Below are positions 51,581 through 61,694 of a DNA stretch of 64,000 nucleotides, piece after piece (positions within the stretch are counted from its first letter, which is position 1; the number at the start of each line of letters is the position of its first letter). The notes below the pieces were generated by a model. It was given only the letters and a program-made list of their open reading frames with translations. It was not told the origin of the DNA and did no database searches. The translations under genes and the position numbers were made by a program. The stretch is from an uncultured Chloroflexia bacterium (lineage in GTDB: Bacteria > Chloroflexota > Ktedonobacteria > Ktedonobacterales > Ktedonobacteraceae): assembly GCA_963767715.1 (NCBI GenBank), contig CAVYFA010000001.1, forward strand, positions 67,517 to 131,516, read 5' to 3'.

Positions 51581-54500
51581 ATGACACCCCACAAATTCGC
51601 CCTGGCCGACGTGTTTGATGAGCATGAGCATACCTTCTACTCGATTCAGGGACTGGCAAACTTCTGGAACAATAATCCAGATGTCGATTTTGGGCAGCGT
51701 ATTACAGACCTTGTGATCGGGGCGCACAACCAGCTTCAATCAGATCTGGTGTTAGTGATAGCCGGTACTGCTCAAAAATTGTCAGTGTATATTTCCTTAG
51801 GAAACCCGGCAACGACACTGAGTATGCTCGAGGGTATTCTTCCTGGTATCCATATCGAACCGGCTCCTGTAAAAAATCTGGCTCGCTATTTATATCCGCA
51901 TTTTCAGGTACAGGGCATCATCACGGGCATACCCAGTCATAAAGCGGCGAAGGAAGGCTCCCCGGCTGTCCCCGTTGAGCGCTGATGCTGGTTCTTCCGG
52001 CCTGTCTACTACAAGCCTGAGCAGCGCTCCCACCACAGGTTAATCGCAGTTGGAACGCGTTGTGCGTGGCATGTATAGAGCAAACTGGGTCTACGTTGTC
52101 AAAGCTCATCCACGTTCCCGGTATGCGGTAGCTCAGGACAGGCTGGAGATGCTTGACCTGCTGGCGCGTGTCGCGTCTCAATCGCGTATTCAAATGCAGG
52201 TCACGGAACAAGGTACTAAACAGGAAACGGAAGTCAATTACAGGTGGCATACAGAAGCGTTGAGCAGTGAAAAGGTGAATTACCGCGCACAGTATCTTAT
52301 GCGACTACTGGAACGAGAGCTGGAACGACTCAACCAATCAGCAGCCTCGGGACAATGGATCGTGCAGACCTACTTCGGGGCCAGCACTCCCGGTGATGCG
52401 CAAAGGCTGGCTTCGCTGCTCGTAGGAGCGCTGGCCGGTAAGGATTCGCGCCCAAATCCTCTCCGTGCCTTCACCTGCCGTGATGGAGGGACGCCGCTGT
52501 CCAACTTTACAACGTATCTCTCCTCAGATGAGGTGGCAACCCTTATCCAACTTCCGCGCGAAGAAGTGCCCGGTTATGCCATCTCCGACTTTGTGCGCTT
52601 TGATGTTGATTTTCGCTTCTCGAACCATACTGCGCGGGTCCGCCTCTTTCCCTCGGGCATATTCAACATAATGGACAGGATGCTGAACCCTACCAGATCG
52701 ATCTTGATGACCTTGCCAAACACGGAGTCGTGGTGGGTGTAACCGGCAGCGGGAAGACCACCACGGTGATGAATTTGCTGGATTCTCGTGGTCTGAAAGG
52801 AAGCCATTTCTAGTGATCGAACCTGCTAAAACCGAATATCGCGCTTTACGCAGTTCGCTTCTGGAAAAGCAGACGTGCGCATCTATACGCTTGGCAATGA
52901 GAACATCGCACCGTTTCGCCTCAACCCATTTGAATTTGAGACAGATGATACTCCTGGCAGCGCCTCGGTTGTGAACCATATCGACTTCTTGAAGGCTGTC
53001 TTCAATGCGGCCTTTATTCTCTATGCTCCAATGCCCTATGTCCTGGAAATAGCCTTGCACGAAATCTACGAAGACAAAGGCTGGGACTTAGCTACCGGCA
53101 TGAATACGCGCCTGCCCAAATGGTCCGAGCATGATCTCCACCCGATTTTTCCCACACTGACGGATCTGTACTGTAAGGTGGAAGCAGTCGTCGATCGACT
53201 CAGGTATGATACCCAGACCGAGCAGATGGTCAAAGCGGGGCTGAAAGCCCGTATTGGCTCGATGCGCATGGGTGCAAAGGGCTAGATGCTGGATACAGCG
53301 CGGGGTATACCCATGCAGCAATTGCTCTTCATCCCACCATCCTGGAAATGGAAAATATCGGCGGTGACGATGAAAAGACCTTTCTCATGGGTATACTGCT
53401 CACAAAACTCTACGAATTTCGACGCCTGCAAGCGGCCTCCGGTTTAACGCCCGGCAATTGCAACACTTAATCGTCTTTGAAGAGGCTCATCGCCTCTTAA
53501 AGAATACCGAGACACAGGTGGATACAGATCATCTAATATGCGTGCGCAGGCTATTGAAGTTTTTACCAACATGCTCTCGGAGGTGCGCGCCTATGGACAA
53601 GGCGTGCTGGTAGCGGAACAGATACCCGCTAAGCTGGCTCCCGACGTACTGAAAAATACCAATCTCAAAATCGCCCATCGTCTCGTCGCGCAGGATGATC
53701 GGCAAAGCGTCGGCTACAGAATGAATCTCAACACGGAACAAATGAACCACCTGGGTATCCTTTCGCCGGGCATGGCCGTCGTGTATGCTGAAGGGGCGGA
53801 TCATGCCTATAAGGTACGCCTGGATAATTACAAGAGCGCCTTACCAACCCTGACCGATGTGCAGTTAAAAACCTCCAGCGTGAGCTATGCCTCGGTAAAA
53901 GACTACCAGCTTATCCTTGATCTTCATCGCTATAATATTCATCGTTCCGAGTTCGGCGGCCCGGATGCTCTTCTCTGCCAGCATGCTGCCCGGCTGTTAG
54001 CCACCGAAAAAGGCCGTGGCTTCTCTCGCACCTGCTATTGCGTACCGTCTTTAGCCGATCACAGGTGTCCCAGGCCATCCAGATGTTGGAGCAATATATC
54101 GAGCTGGTGATTCCTTCGCTGCAAACCAGCCCCCATATGCAGGAAGCAACGTTAAAAATGATGCTCGTTCGAGGCGGCGCCGAAGTTTTGCACAGACATG
54201 GGGCATTGTTCGGCTGGACATACCCTCTCGTCGAAGAGTTGCGCGTTCCGCTGACACAAGGCTTGCTGACATTTATTCAGAAAAGAGACCTTGCACTTGT
54301 CAGTAGCGATCTTGATCGCTTTGCGCGTCGCTACGAAAAGCTTTTAGAGCGAAACCAGGGACCATTTGCAGGTTGTGAACATTGTCGCACAAAATGTCTG
54401 TATCGTTTAGAGACCCGCGTCCTCCTCTTGCCACCAGACAAGGAGTGGATTGATGGGGAACTCCAGACAAATCATCCCACGCCGGCAGATACCTATGCTG

Positions 54501-54673
54501 CTATAGCCAGGGCGGCTCAAACTATCGTCAGCAACTGGCTTGGCGAGTCAAAGAATGCTGCTCTCCCGGACCTGGCCTATTGCGCCGCCCTTCATGTAGA
54601 GTCAGAGACAGGATTGACCGAGTATGAACAGAGGAAGTTCGGAGAATCGCTCAGCACGGAATTGCTCACCTAG
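51581..54673 (+). CDS. HerA/FtsK-superfamily (DUF87-like) ATPase, ~1000 aa, fragmented by several frameshifts
   Basis: Walker A in an alternate frame at ~52700-52760 'IDLDDLAKHGVVVGVTGSGKTTTVMNLL'. 'VIFEEAHRLL' (53465-53500). 'EVRAYGQGVLVAEQIPAKLAPDVLKNTNLKIAHRLVAQDDRQSV' matches the HerA-type 'EGRKyGvgl..SQRPs.l...vlsqcnt.ialrl' block. The ~210-aa C-terminal helical domain is intact. Confidence 0.55.
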
Positions 54674-54946
54674 AGCTTTCTCATTGCTTATATAATCTGA
54701 TAGAGTATTCAAAAAGCGGTAGTCACTCTCGATTGAGATGATGTACCTTTAAAGCCATCTCAAACATACAAGAAGCGATCTTAAGAATCCCTCTGGAAAC
54801 GAGATCGTTTCATTTGACACATGTTTTGCGCCTCACCCCATTACTATAATACGGAAGAAGAGATCGACCACGTTCTGGAACTGCTCGCAACTCTAAAGTA
54901 ACTGCAGCAAATATACAGCGCAGCTTTTTCAGCGTCGGTATCGTCG

Positions 54947-55004
54947 CAGCTAGACAGAAAGAGCAGGATAGAGAACTCCTGCTCTTTCTGTCTAGCTGCG
55001 GTTA
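54947..55004. terminator. Strong bidirectional hairpin (22-bp perfect stem) between the island and convergent ppdK
   Basis: 'GCAGCTAGACAGAAAGAGCAGGatagagaactCCTGCTCTTTCTGTCTAGCTGC' read directly. It ends 18 nt from the ppdK stop. Confidence 0.55.
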
Positions 55005-55021
55005 GTCACAGGCAAGATTAC

Positions 55022-57801
55022 TTATCCTTCTCCGCTCCCGTCAGCGCCGCCTGAGCGGCCGCAATCCTGGCCACGGGCACGCGGAAGGGCGAGCAACTGA
55101 CGTAGTCGAGGCCGACCATGTGGCAGAACTCGATGCTGTCGGGGTCGCCGCCGTGTTCGCCGCAGATGCCCAGTTCCAGGTGGGCATTGGTCTTGCGGCC
55201 CTTCTCGACGGCCATGCGCACCAGCTGGCCGACGCCGTCGCGGTCGAGCGTCTGGAATGGGTTGAGGGGCAGAATCTTGACGCGTTCCTTCAGTCCTGGC
55301 TCCTCCAGGCCATCGACATACTTGCAGCAGGAATTTGCCCTCGGCGTCGTCGCGGCTGATGCCGAAGGTGGTCTGCGTCAGGTCGTTGGTGCCGAAGCTG
55401 AAGAAGTCGGCGACGGTGGCGATCTGGTCGGCGGTCAGAGCGGCGCGCGGCAGCTCGATCATCGTGCCGAACTTGTACTCGATGGGCGCGCCCGCCTCGG
55501 CGGTGATCTCCTTTGCCACCGCTTCGAGCTGGCGGCGCACCTCCTTCAGTTCGTTGACATGCCCGACCAGCGGGATCATGATCTTGGGCTGCAATTTCTT
55601 GCCCTGCTTCGCCAGTTCGCTCGCGGCTTCGAGGATGGCACGCGTCTGCATGACGTTGATCTCCGGGAAGAGCAGGCCCAGGCGGCAGCCGCGCAGGCCC
55701 AGCATGGGGTTCATCTCGCGCATGGCTCCCACGGCTTCGAGCATCTTGCGCTTCTCTGCCAGCTCCTTTTCGTGGCCGCCCAGCGTCTCCAGGCGCGTCA
55801 CCTCGACCAGCAGCTCTTCATACGAGGGCAGGAACTCGTGCAGCGGCGGGTCGATCAGGCGGATGACGACCGGGTAGCCCTCGCCCGTCTCCGGATTGAC
55901 CATGGCCTCGAAGATGCCCTTGAAGTCGCTGCGCTGGAACGGCAGCAGTTGATCGAGCGCGGCCTGGCGCTCCTCTTTCGTCTCGGCCAGGATCATCTTC
56001 TGCACGATGGGCAGGCGCTCCTGCTCCATAAACATATGCTCGGTGCGGCAGAGGCCGATGCCCTGCGGCGCCGAAGGTGACGGCGCGCCGGGCGTCGCGC
56101 GGGTAGTCCGCGTTGGCCCACACGCCCAGCCGGCGGTACTTATCGGCCCAGCCCAGCAGCGTCTTCAGGTCAACTTCCCGGTCGAAATCGGGGTCCACCG
56201 TGCGGATGATGCCCGCGAAGACCTCGCCGGTCGTGCCGTCGATGGAGATATCGTCGCCCTCGCGAATCACAGTATCTTTGCCGACGACGCGGAAAAGGCG
56301 CTCCTCTTCGTCGACGCGGATGCCCTCGGTACCGGCGACGCAGGGCAGGCCCAGGCCACGCGCCACCACCGCCGCGTGGCTGGTCGCGCCGCCGCGCGCC
56401 GTCAGAATGCCCTTAGCCACCAGCATGCCATGCACATCGTCGGGACTGGTCTCCGGGCGCACCAGCACCACCGGCGTGCCCGCCTTGCCCAACTGCTCGG
56501 CGCGGTCGGCATCGAAGACGGCCTTGCCGCTGGCCGCGCCCGGGCGAGGCATTCAGACCTTTCGCCAGCAGGCGGCCCTCCTGTTCGGCGCGTTTCTTCT
56601 CCTCCTCGTCGAAACGCGGCAGCAGCAGTTGGTAGACCTGGAATGGATCGACGCGCTTGATGGCCTCTTGCTCGGTAATCAGGCCCTCCTCCACCATATC
56701 GACGGCGACCTTGACGGCCGCAGGAGCGGAACGCTTGGCGGAGCGGGTCTGCAGCATGTAGAGGCGGCCCTTTTCGATGGTGAACTCGAGGTCCTGCATG
56801 TCGCGATAGTGCTGTTCGAGGCGCTGGGCGATCTCCTGGAACTGCTGGTAGACATGCGGCAGTTCTTCCTGCAGGCGGCTGATCCTGGAGGGCGTGCGAA
56901 TACCGGCGACCACGTCTTCGCCCTGCGCGTTGAGCAGGTATTCGCCGTAGAGCTGCTTCTCGCCTGTGCTGGGGTTGCGCGTGAAGGCCACGCCGGTGCC
57001 GCTGTCGTTGCCCATATTGCCGAAGACCATGCTCTGCACGTTGACGGCGGTGCCCAGGTCGTGCGGGATCTTGTTGAAGTTGCGATAGTCGATGGCGCGC
57101 CGGTTGTTCCACGAGGAGAAGACGGCTTCGATGGCTTTGTGCAACTGCTGGTAGACATCGGTGGGGAAGGGCTCGCCGGACTGGCGCTCAGCGATCTGCT
57201 TGAACTCGCCAACCATCTTCTTGAGGGCGTCGGCGGGAATTTCGGCATCGGTTTGTACGCCGGCCTGCTCTTTATACTGATCCAGCTTCTGCTCGAAGTC
57301 GCGCGGGTCGGTGTCCAGCACGATCTTACTGAACATCTGGATGAAGCGGCGATAGGCGTCGTAGGCGAAACGCTCGTCGCCGGTCAGCTTGACCAGCCCC
57401 AGTACCGTCTCGTCGTTGATGCCCAGGTTCAGCACGGTATCCATCATACCGGGCATCGAAAATTTCGCGCCGGAGCGCACGGAGACCAGCAGGGGATTCT
57501 CCTGCTTGCCGAAGCCCTTGCCGGTCTGCTCTTCGACGATCTTCAAGGCCGTCAGAGCCTGTTCCCACATGCCCTGCGGGAACTGCTTGCCCGCGTCGTA
57601 GTAGGCGTTGCAGGCCTCGGTGGTAATCGTAAATCCGGGAGGGACGGGCAAGCCCGCGTTGGTCATCTCGGCCACGCCCGCGCCCTTGCCGCCGAGCAGG
57701 TCGCGCATCCCGGCGTTGCCCTCGCTGAATAAATACACCCATTTCCTGGGGGACTGTTTCACTGCTTCATCAAATTCAGTACTTGCAATTTGCTGTGTCA
57801 C
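55022..57801 (-). CDS. ppdK: Pyruvate, phosphate dikinase (~920 aa) in three or four frame-shifted pieces
   Basis: N-terminal ATP-grasp '[28 protein letters not shown]'. Central phosphohistidine domain '[21 protein letters not shown]'. C-terminal PEP-utilising TIM barrel 'NEL...GTNDLTQ' and the last exon '[23 protein letters not shown]'. All are collinear on the minus strand. Confidence 0.9.
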
Positions 57802-57866
57802 TCATAGCCTCCATTTGTTGTTTGTGTGAAATGTGCCGAATGGTGTAAAAACGATCGAACGTGCGG

Positions 57867-58373
57867 TTACGCATTCAATACAATGCTTCTCGCCCAGCGC
57901 AATATGTGTCGCGCATACGTAAGATAAATACCGGCCGCCTCGGCGCTGATGACCTCGTCGGCCTGCTCGGGCGGCGTATCGACATAAAACGCTTCGGGGT
58001 GAAACGGGGTCAGCGCGGCCAGTTCGCCTTGAATATCCGGGGGCGCGCCAACACGCTCGCCCAGCGCGCGCAAGTCATGGTCGTACATCTGGCGACGCCC
58101 GAAACGCAGCAGGCTGACCGCCTGGGCCGACTTTTCGGCGACCTGGTTGCAATAATCGGCGCAGGCGAAATGGCGGCCCAATCCAAGCTCTACGCTGGCC
58201 GTAGCCGCGTCCTGCGCAGCCTCCGCGAACAGGCCCAGCGCACCCTGAAGATCTCCCGTGGAAGCAACCCCGTCTTCTTCGCCCTCGTCCTCCTCCGTAT
58301 AAGATGGCCTGGACGGAGAGGAAGCTGTGAACTGGCTATCCTGGCCATGTAGAGTACGTTCCTGCTCGCTCAC
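57867..58373 (-). CDS. HEPN-domain protein (168 aa) with an acidic N-terminal region
   Basis: 'FACADYCNQVAEKSAQAVSLLRFGRRQMYDHDLRAL' fits the HEPN helix pattern (QxxEKxxKAxL...xHDL). No adjacent nucleotidyltransferase was found. Confidence 0.45.
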   Translation of the reverse strand: MSEQERTLHGQDSQFTASSPSRPSYTEEDEGEEDGVASTGDLQGALGLFAEAAQDAATASVELGLGRHFACADYCNQVAEKSAQAVSLLRFGRRQMYDHDLRALGERVGAPPDIQGELAALTPFHPEAFYVDTPPEQADEVISAEAAGIYLTYARHILRWARSIVLNA

Positions 58374-58822
58374 GCCCTCTAGAATAAGCCGCTCCAGGTC
58401 TTCCAGGCTCTCCCGAATTCGTAGGGTCTGGATTATTCGCAGACATCTGGGACATCCTATCTCACTCCTTAGTACTACCGTGCTTAATATTATTCCTCGC
58501 GAGACGTTGTGTCAATGTTAGCACACGAAAGGGGCAGCGAGATAAAAGATGACCCCTACCATCCTGCATGGCATAATCTACACCACAGCGGCGGTCTCAG
58601 GCCGTTTTGCGCCCAGCGCCTTACACGAGCTGCGCGAGCATGATGGTAAACTGTCCTTCTCGTTCCCGGTGACCGAAACAGGCAGCGTCGCGCCCCCCAC
58701 CATTGCGTAGATAGGGGAACTTCTACTTTGCATCCCGCGTCTTCCTATTAAGGTGATACATATGCCGTAGGGGCTGGGGACACAATTCAAATTAATAGGG
58801 CTGGATTAGAAGGAGCTATACC

Positions 58823-60383
58823 ATGCAGACTCAGCGACCAGTTGGTTCTGGAACCATAGAGAAACAGTCAACGCCTTCATCTACATCTATTCCACCTCGC
58901 AGGCGGCATCGATGGCGGGCCGGCCTGGGAGCCCTGCTCGTCGTCGGACTCGTGATTGCCTCCAGTATCGTTGTCTTCTCGCTGGCGGGCAAGTCTCATA
59001 CGCCCGGGAAACCGCAGGTACCTCCCGCCGGGCAATGGAAAGCGGTGCAGCAGGGCTACCTGTTCCTCTCCATCAGGTCAGCCGCCAGTAATCCCAGTGT
59101 GCCGTATGCCTGCGCAACCAAGTCCGCCGCGGTCTCCAACCAGGGCAACTCGGGCGCGGTGACGATCCTGCGCAGTTCTGATAGCGGCGATACCTGGCAG
59201 AACATCGGCGCGAACTTGTTGCAGGGCAGCGCCTGCCAGCTAGCCGTCAATCCTGCCAACAGCGAAGATATCTACGTGTTTAGCGGCGGAAACACCTCTC
59301 AGGCGCCCGCAGTGCTGCACCACAGCAGCGATGGCGGCAAGACCTGGCAGGCGATCCAGCCATCACTTACCGCTCCTTCGATACCCACCACGCAACGCCT
59401 CTACTTGCAGCAACTGGAATTCGCGGGGAACAGCCTGCTGGCCATCGACCTGAGCATCAGGCCCCTCCCGATCGCATCGCCTCCAGGCGTTCCACTCGCC
59501 CTCTCGCGCCTAGTCAGAAGCGCCGATGGCGGGCATACCTGGACGATCATCGACAACCAGTTTAGCGCGCAGGGATTGGCCGCGCAGAGCTACGCGGTCG
59601 ATCCCAGCGCGGGCCACCACCACGTATGAATTACTTGGGCATTCCTGGCTGCCCATCGAGCGTGTCCAACCGGACGGGACGCTGCCCATCTACGGCATCA
59701 ACCAGCAGCTTTACAAGACGACTGACGGGGGCGCTCACTGGACGCTGATGCTGGCTCAGGCGCCGTTCGGGTCCTCAGTGCAGCTCGCCGCCAGCAATCC
59801 GGCCATCGTCTACGTCGGCGGCGTGCTCGGTCCGATCCCCCTGTCTGCGCAAACGCCAAAGGGGGTCACAGGCCCAACGCTGCTTCAACCAGCCGGCGGT
59901 TTTCACCTGATGGTTAGCCTCGATGGCGGGGCAAGCTGGAATACAGTCGCGACGCCGTTAAACCAGCAGACGATCCTTAACTGGTTCGTGAGCGCGGATG
60001 GCCGCGTATTCGCCTCGCCGACGACGCCATTCATTTCGCCGAGCGCCTCGGCGACCACCATCGTAGGAACGACCGTGCCCGTTCTTCCCGTGACGCCTCA
60101 GAGCGGTACCGGACGGCCACCGCTTTCCGGCACGTCACAGAGCGTCTCGGTAAACAGCAGTAGCAGCGCATCTCCTCCAAGCGATGTTTCACCACCACCG
60201 GGGAAAAGCTATATTATGAGTTACAGCCCCGCCAGCAATAGCTGGAGCAAGGTGACAACGCCGCCGCAGAATGGTGAAATGCTGGCGGTGACCCCTGCCG
60301 GCACAGGCGGTGGAGCAGTGCTGTGGTTCATAGGTACGGGAACTAGCGGCACGAGCTACACGCTGTTCAGATACGTTGTCTGA
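58823..60383 (+). CDS. Secreted/anchored BNR (Asp-box) repeat protein, ~520 aa; frameshift ~59600
   Basis: N-terminal TM 'ALLVVGLVIASSIVVFSLA'. Five Asp-boxes: 'SSDSGDTW', 'SSDGGKTW', 'SADGGHTW', 'TTDGGAHW', 'SLDGGASW'. AGGAG RBS. Confidence 0.7.
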
Positions 60384-60395
60384 TAGACGACGCGC

Positions 60396-61514
60396 TTATG
60401 CTCGCCACTTCCAGGCCAGTTGTCCCGTCAAATTGAGATACAGGTTCCCATATGTCACGCCTGGTTCGATCATTGAGCCCTCAAACCATTCGTTGTAGCT
60501 GGTGATGGTGATCCAGTCGGGGTTGCTTGCAATAGCGCCTCCCCAGCTCATACGCTCGGTCGCGCCATTGTTGCGCTGGACGATATAGGTACCTTTCCGG
60601 CCTGGCACCTTCGTATCGTTGTAGCCGGGCAGTACGCCTGCGGCCCAGATTTTCTGCGTATGATGCGCCTTGTTGTAAGCATCGATCTCGGCGCGAAAGC
60701 CCTGGTCAACAGCGACGATGTTGTTGTGCTGGATGCCCCAGTAGGCCGCGCTGTAGAGGTGGATGCCGTCAAAGACTGACAGCGCGCTCAGATTGGTACC
60801 TTCCGCCGACCAGATCATCGTATTGTGCGGGTCAACCTGGCGGCGCACACTGGCCCACATGGAGAGCGTGCGCCCGTTCCCGAGCGGATTCCAGAAGAAA
60901 ATGACCGGCTTGCCGTGCCAGTGAAAGAAATAGCGGTTGCTCGCATAGGTTGAGATCAGGTAGCGCAGTTGCTTGACGATGTTAGCCTGCCCTTTCAAGG
61001 CGGGGGCGTCGCTTTCAAAGTAGATCGTTGAGGCGAACTGGAGATGCGTTGTCTTCTCCAGGGTTGCCGAGTACGCCAGCACCTTCGCAAAGTTTTTGTC
61101 GGTAGGGTCTCCCTGACCCCACCACGAGGAAATGAAGCCCGTGACACCGGCATGCGCCGCTGAACTGACCTGCCGCTCTATCGTGGCTTCATCATCGGAG
61201 TTGTATTTGATGGTCGGCAGGTCAGACATGGTGCAGGAACACCATGTCTTGGGGTTATACCAGGCATAGTAAAAGGCCAGCACAGGCCGGTTGAAATTGA
61301 TCGGCGCAGCAGGAACAGTTGGTGTGGCTGTCAACTTCTTCCCGGCGATAGGATGACTGGATCGAATTCCGCCAGGCGACCCTTGAGTATAGTTCGCGTG
61401 CGCACCGAGCGCATCGTATCCGCCAACTACAACCGCCGCAAGCACCAGCAGGAGCAGCAAAAGCGTAACGGCATACTTCAGCAGGGTCATTTGAGATATT
61501 CGCGAACGTCGCAC
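60396..61514 (-). CDS. Secreted glycoside-hydrolase-like protein (GH99-like endo-α-mannosidase family suspected)
   Basis: Signal/TM 'LLKYAVTLLLLLLVLAAVVVG'. 'VLAFYYAWYNPKTW...GFISSWWGQGD' resembles the N-terminal signature of GH99/DUF4038-type hydrolases. Weak assignment. Confidence 0.4.
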   Translation of the reverse strand: MRRSRISQMTLLKYAVTLLLLLLVLAAVVVGGYDALGAHANYTQGSPGGIRSSHPIAGKKLTATPTVPAAPINFNRPVLAFYYAWYNPKTWCSCTMSDLPTIKYNSDDEATIERQVSSAAHAGVTGFISSWWGQGDPTDKNFAKVLAYSATLEKTTHLQFASTIYFESDAPALKGQANIVKQLRYLISTYASNRYFFHWHGKPVIFFWNPLGNGRTLSMWASVRRQVDPHNTMIWSAEGTNLSALSVFDGIHLYSAAYWGIQHNNIVAVDQGFRAEIDAYNKAHHTQKIWAAGVLPGYNDTKVPGRKGTYIVQRNNGATERMSWGGAIASNPDWITITSYNEWFEGSMIEPGVTYGNLYLNLTGQLAWKWRA

Positions 61515-61694
61515 GGCAGATTGTCTCCTTTAGAACAGTCTATCCTGTATCATAGCATATCAATCTATATTATCGTATGCCGCGTGGAAAACAATATAGG
61601 AAAAAGGTCACAGAGCCCACAAATTCAGAAGCACACGAACAAGCGCAACGGGTATCGCTCGTTGCGCTTGTTCGTGTGCTTCCCAATATATGCA

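Noticed and set aside
57867-58373. Possible HEPN-MNT toxin-antitoxin pair
   Set aside because: The HEPN-like helix motif is present, but no minimal nucleotidyltransferase partner is encoded on either side. It is reported only as a HEPN-domain CDS.
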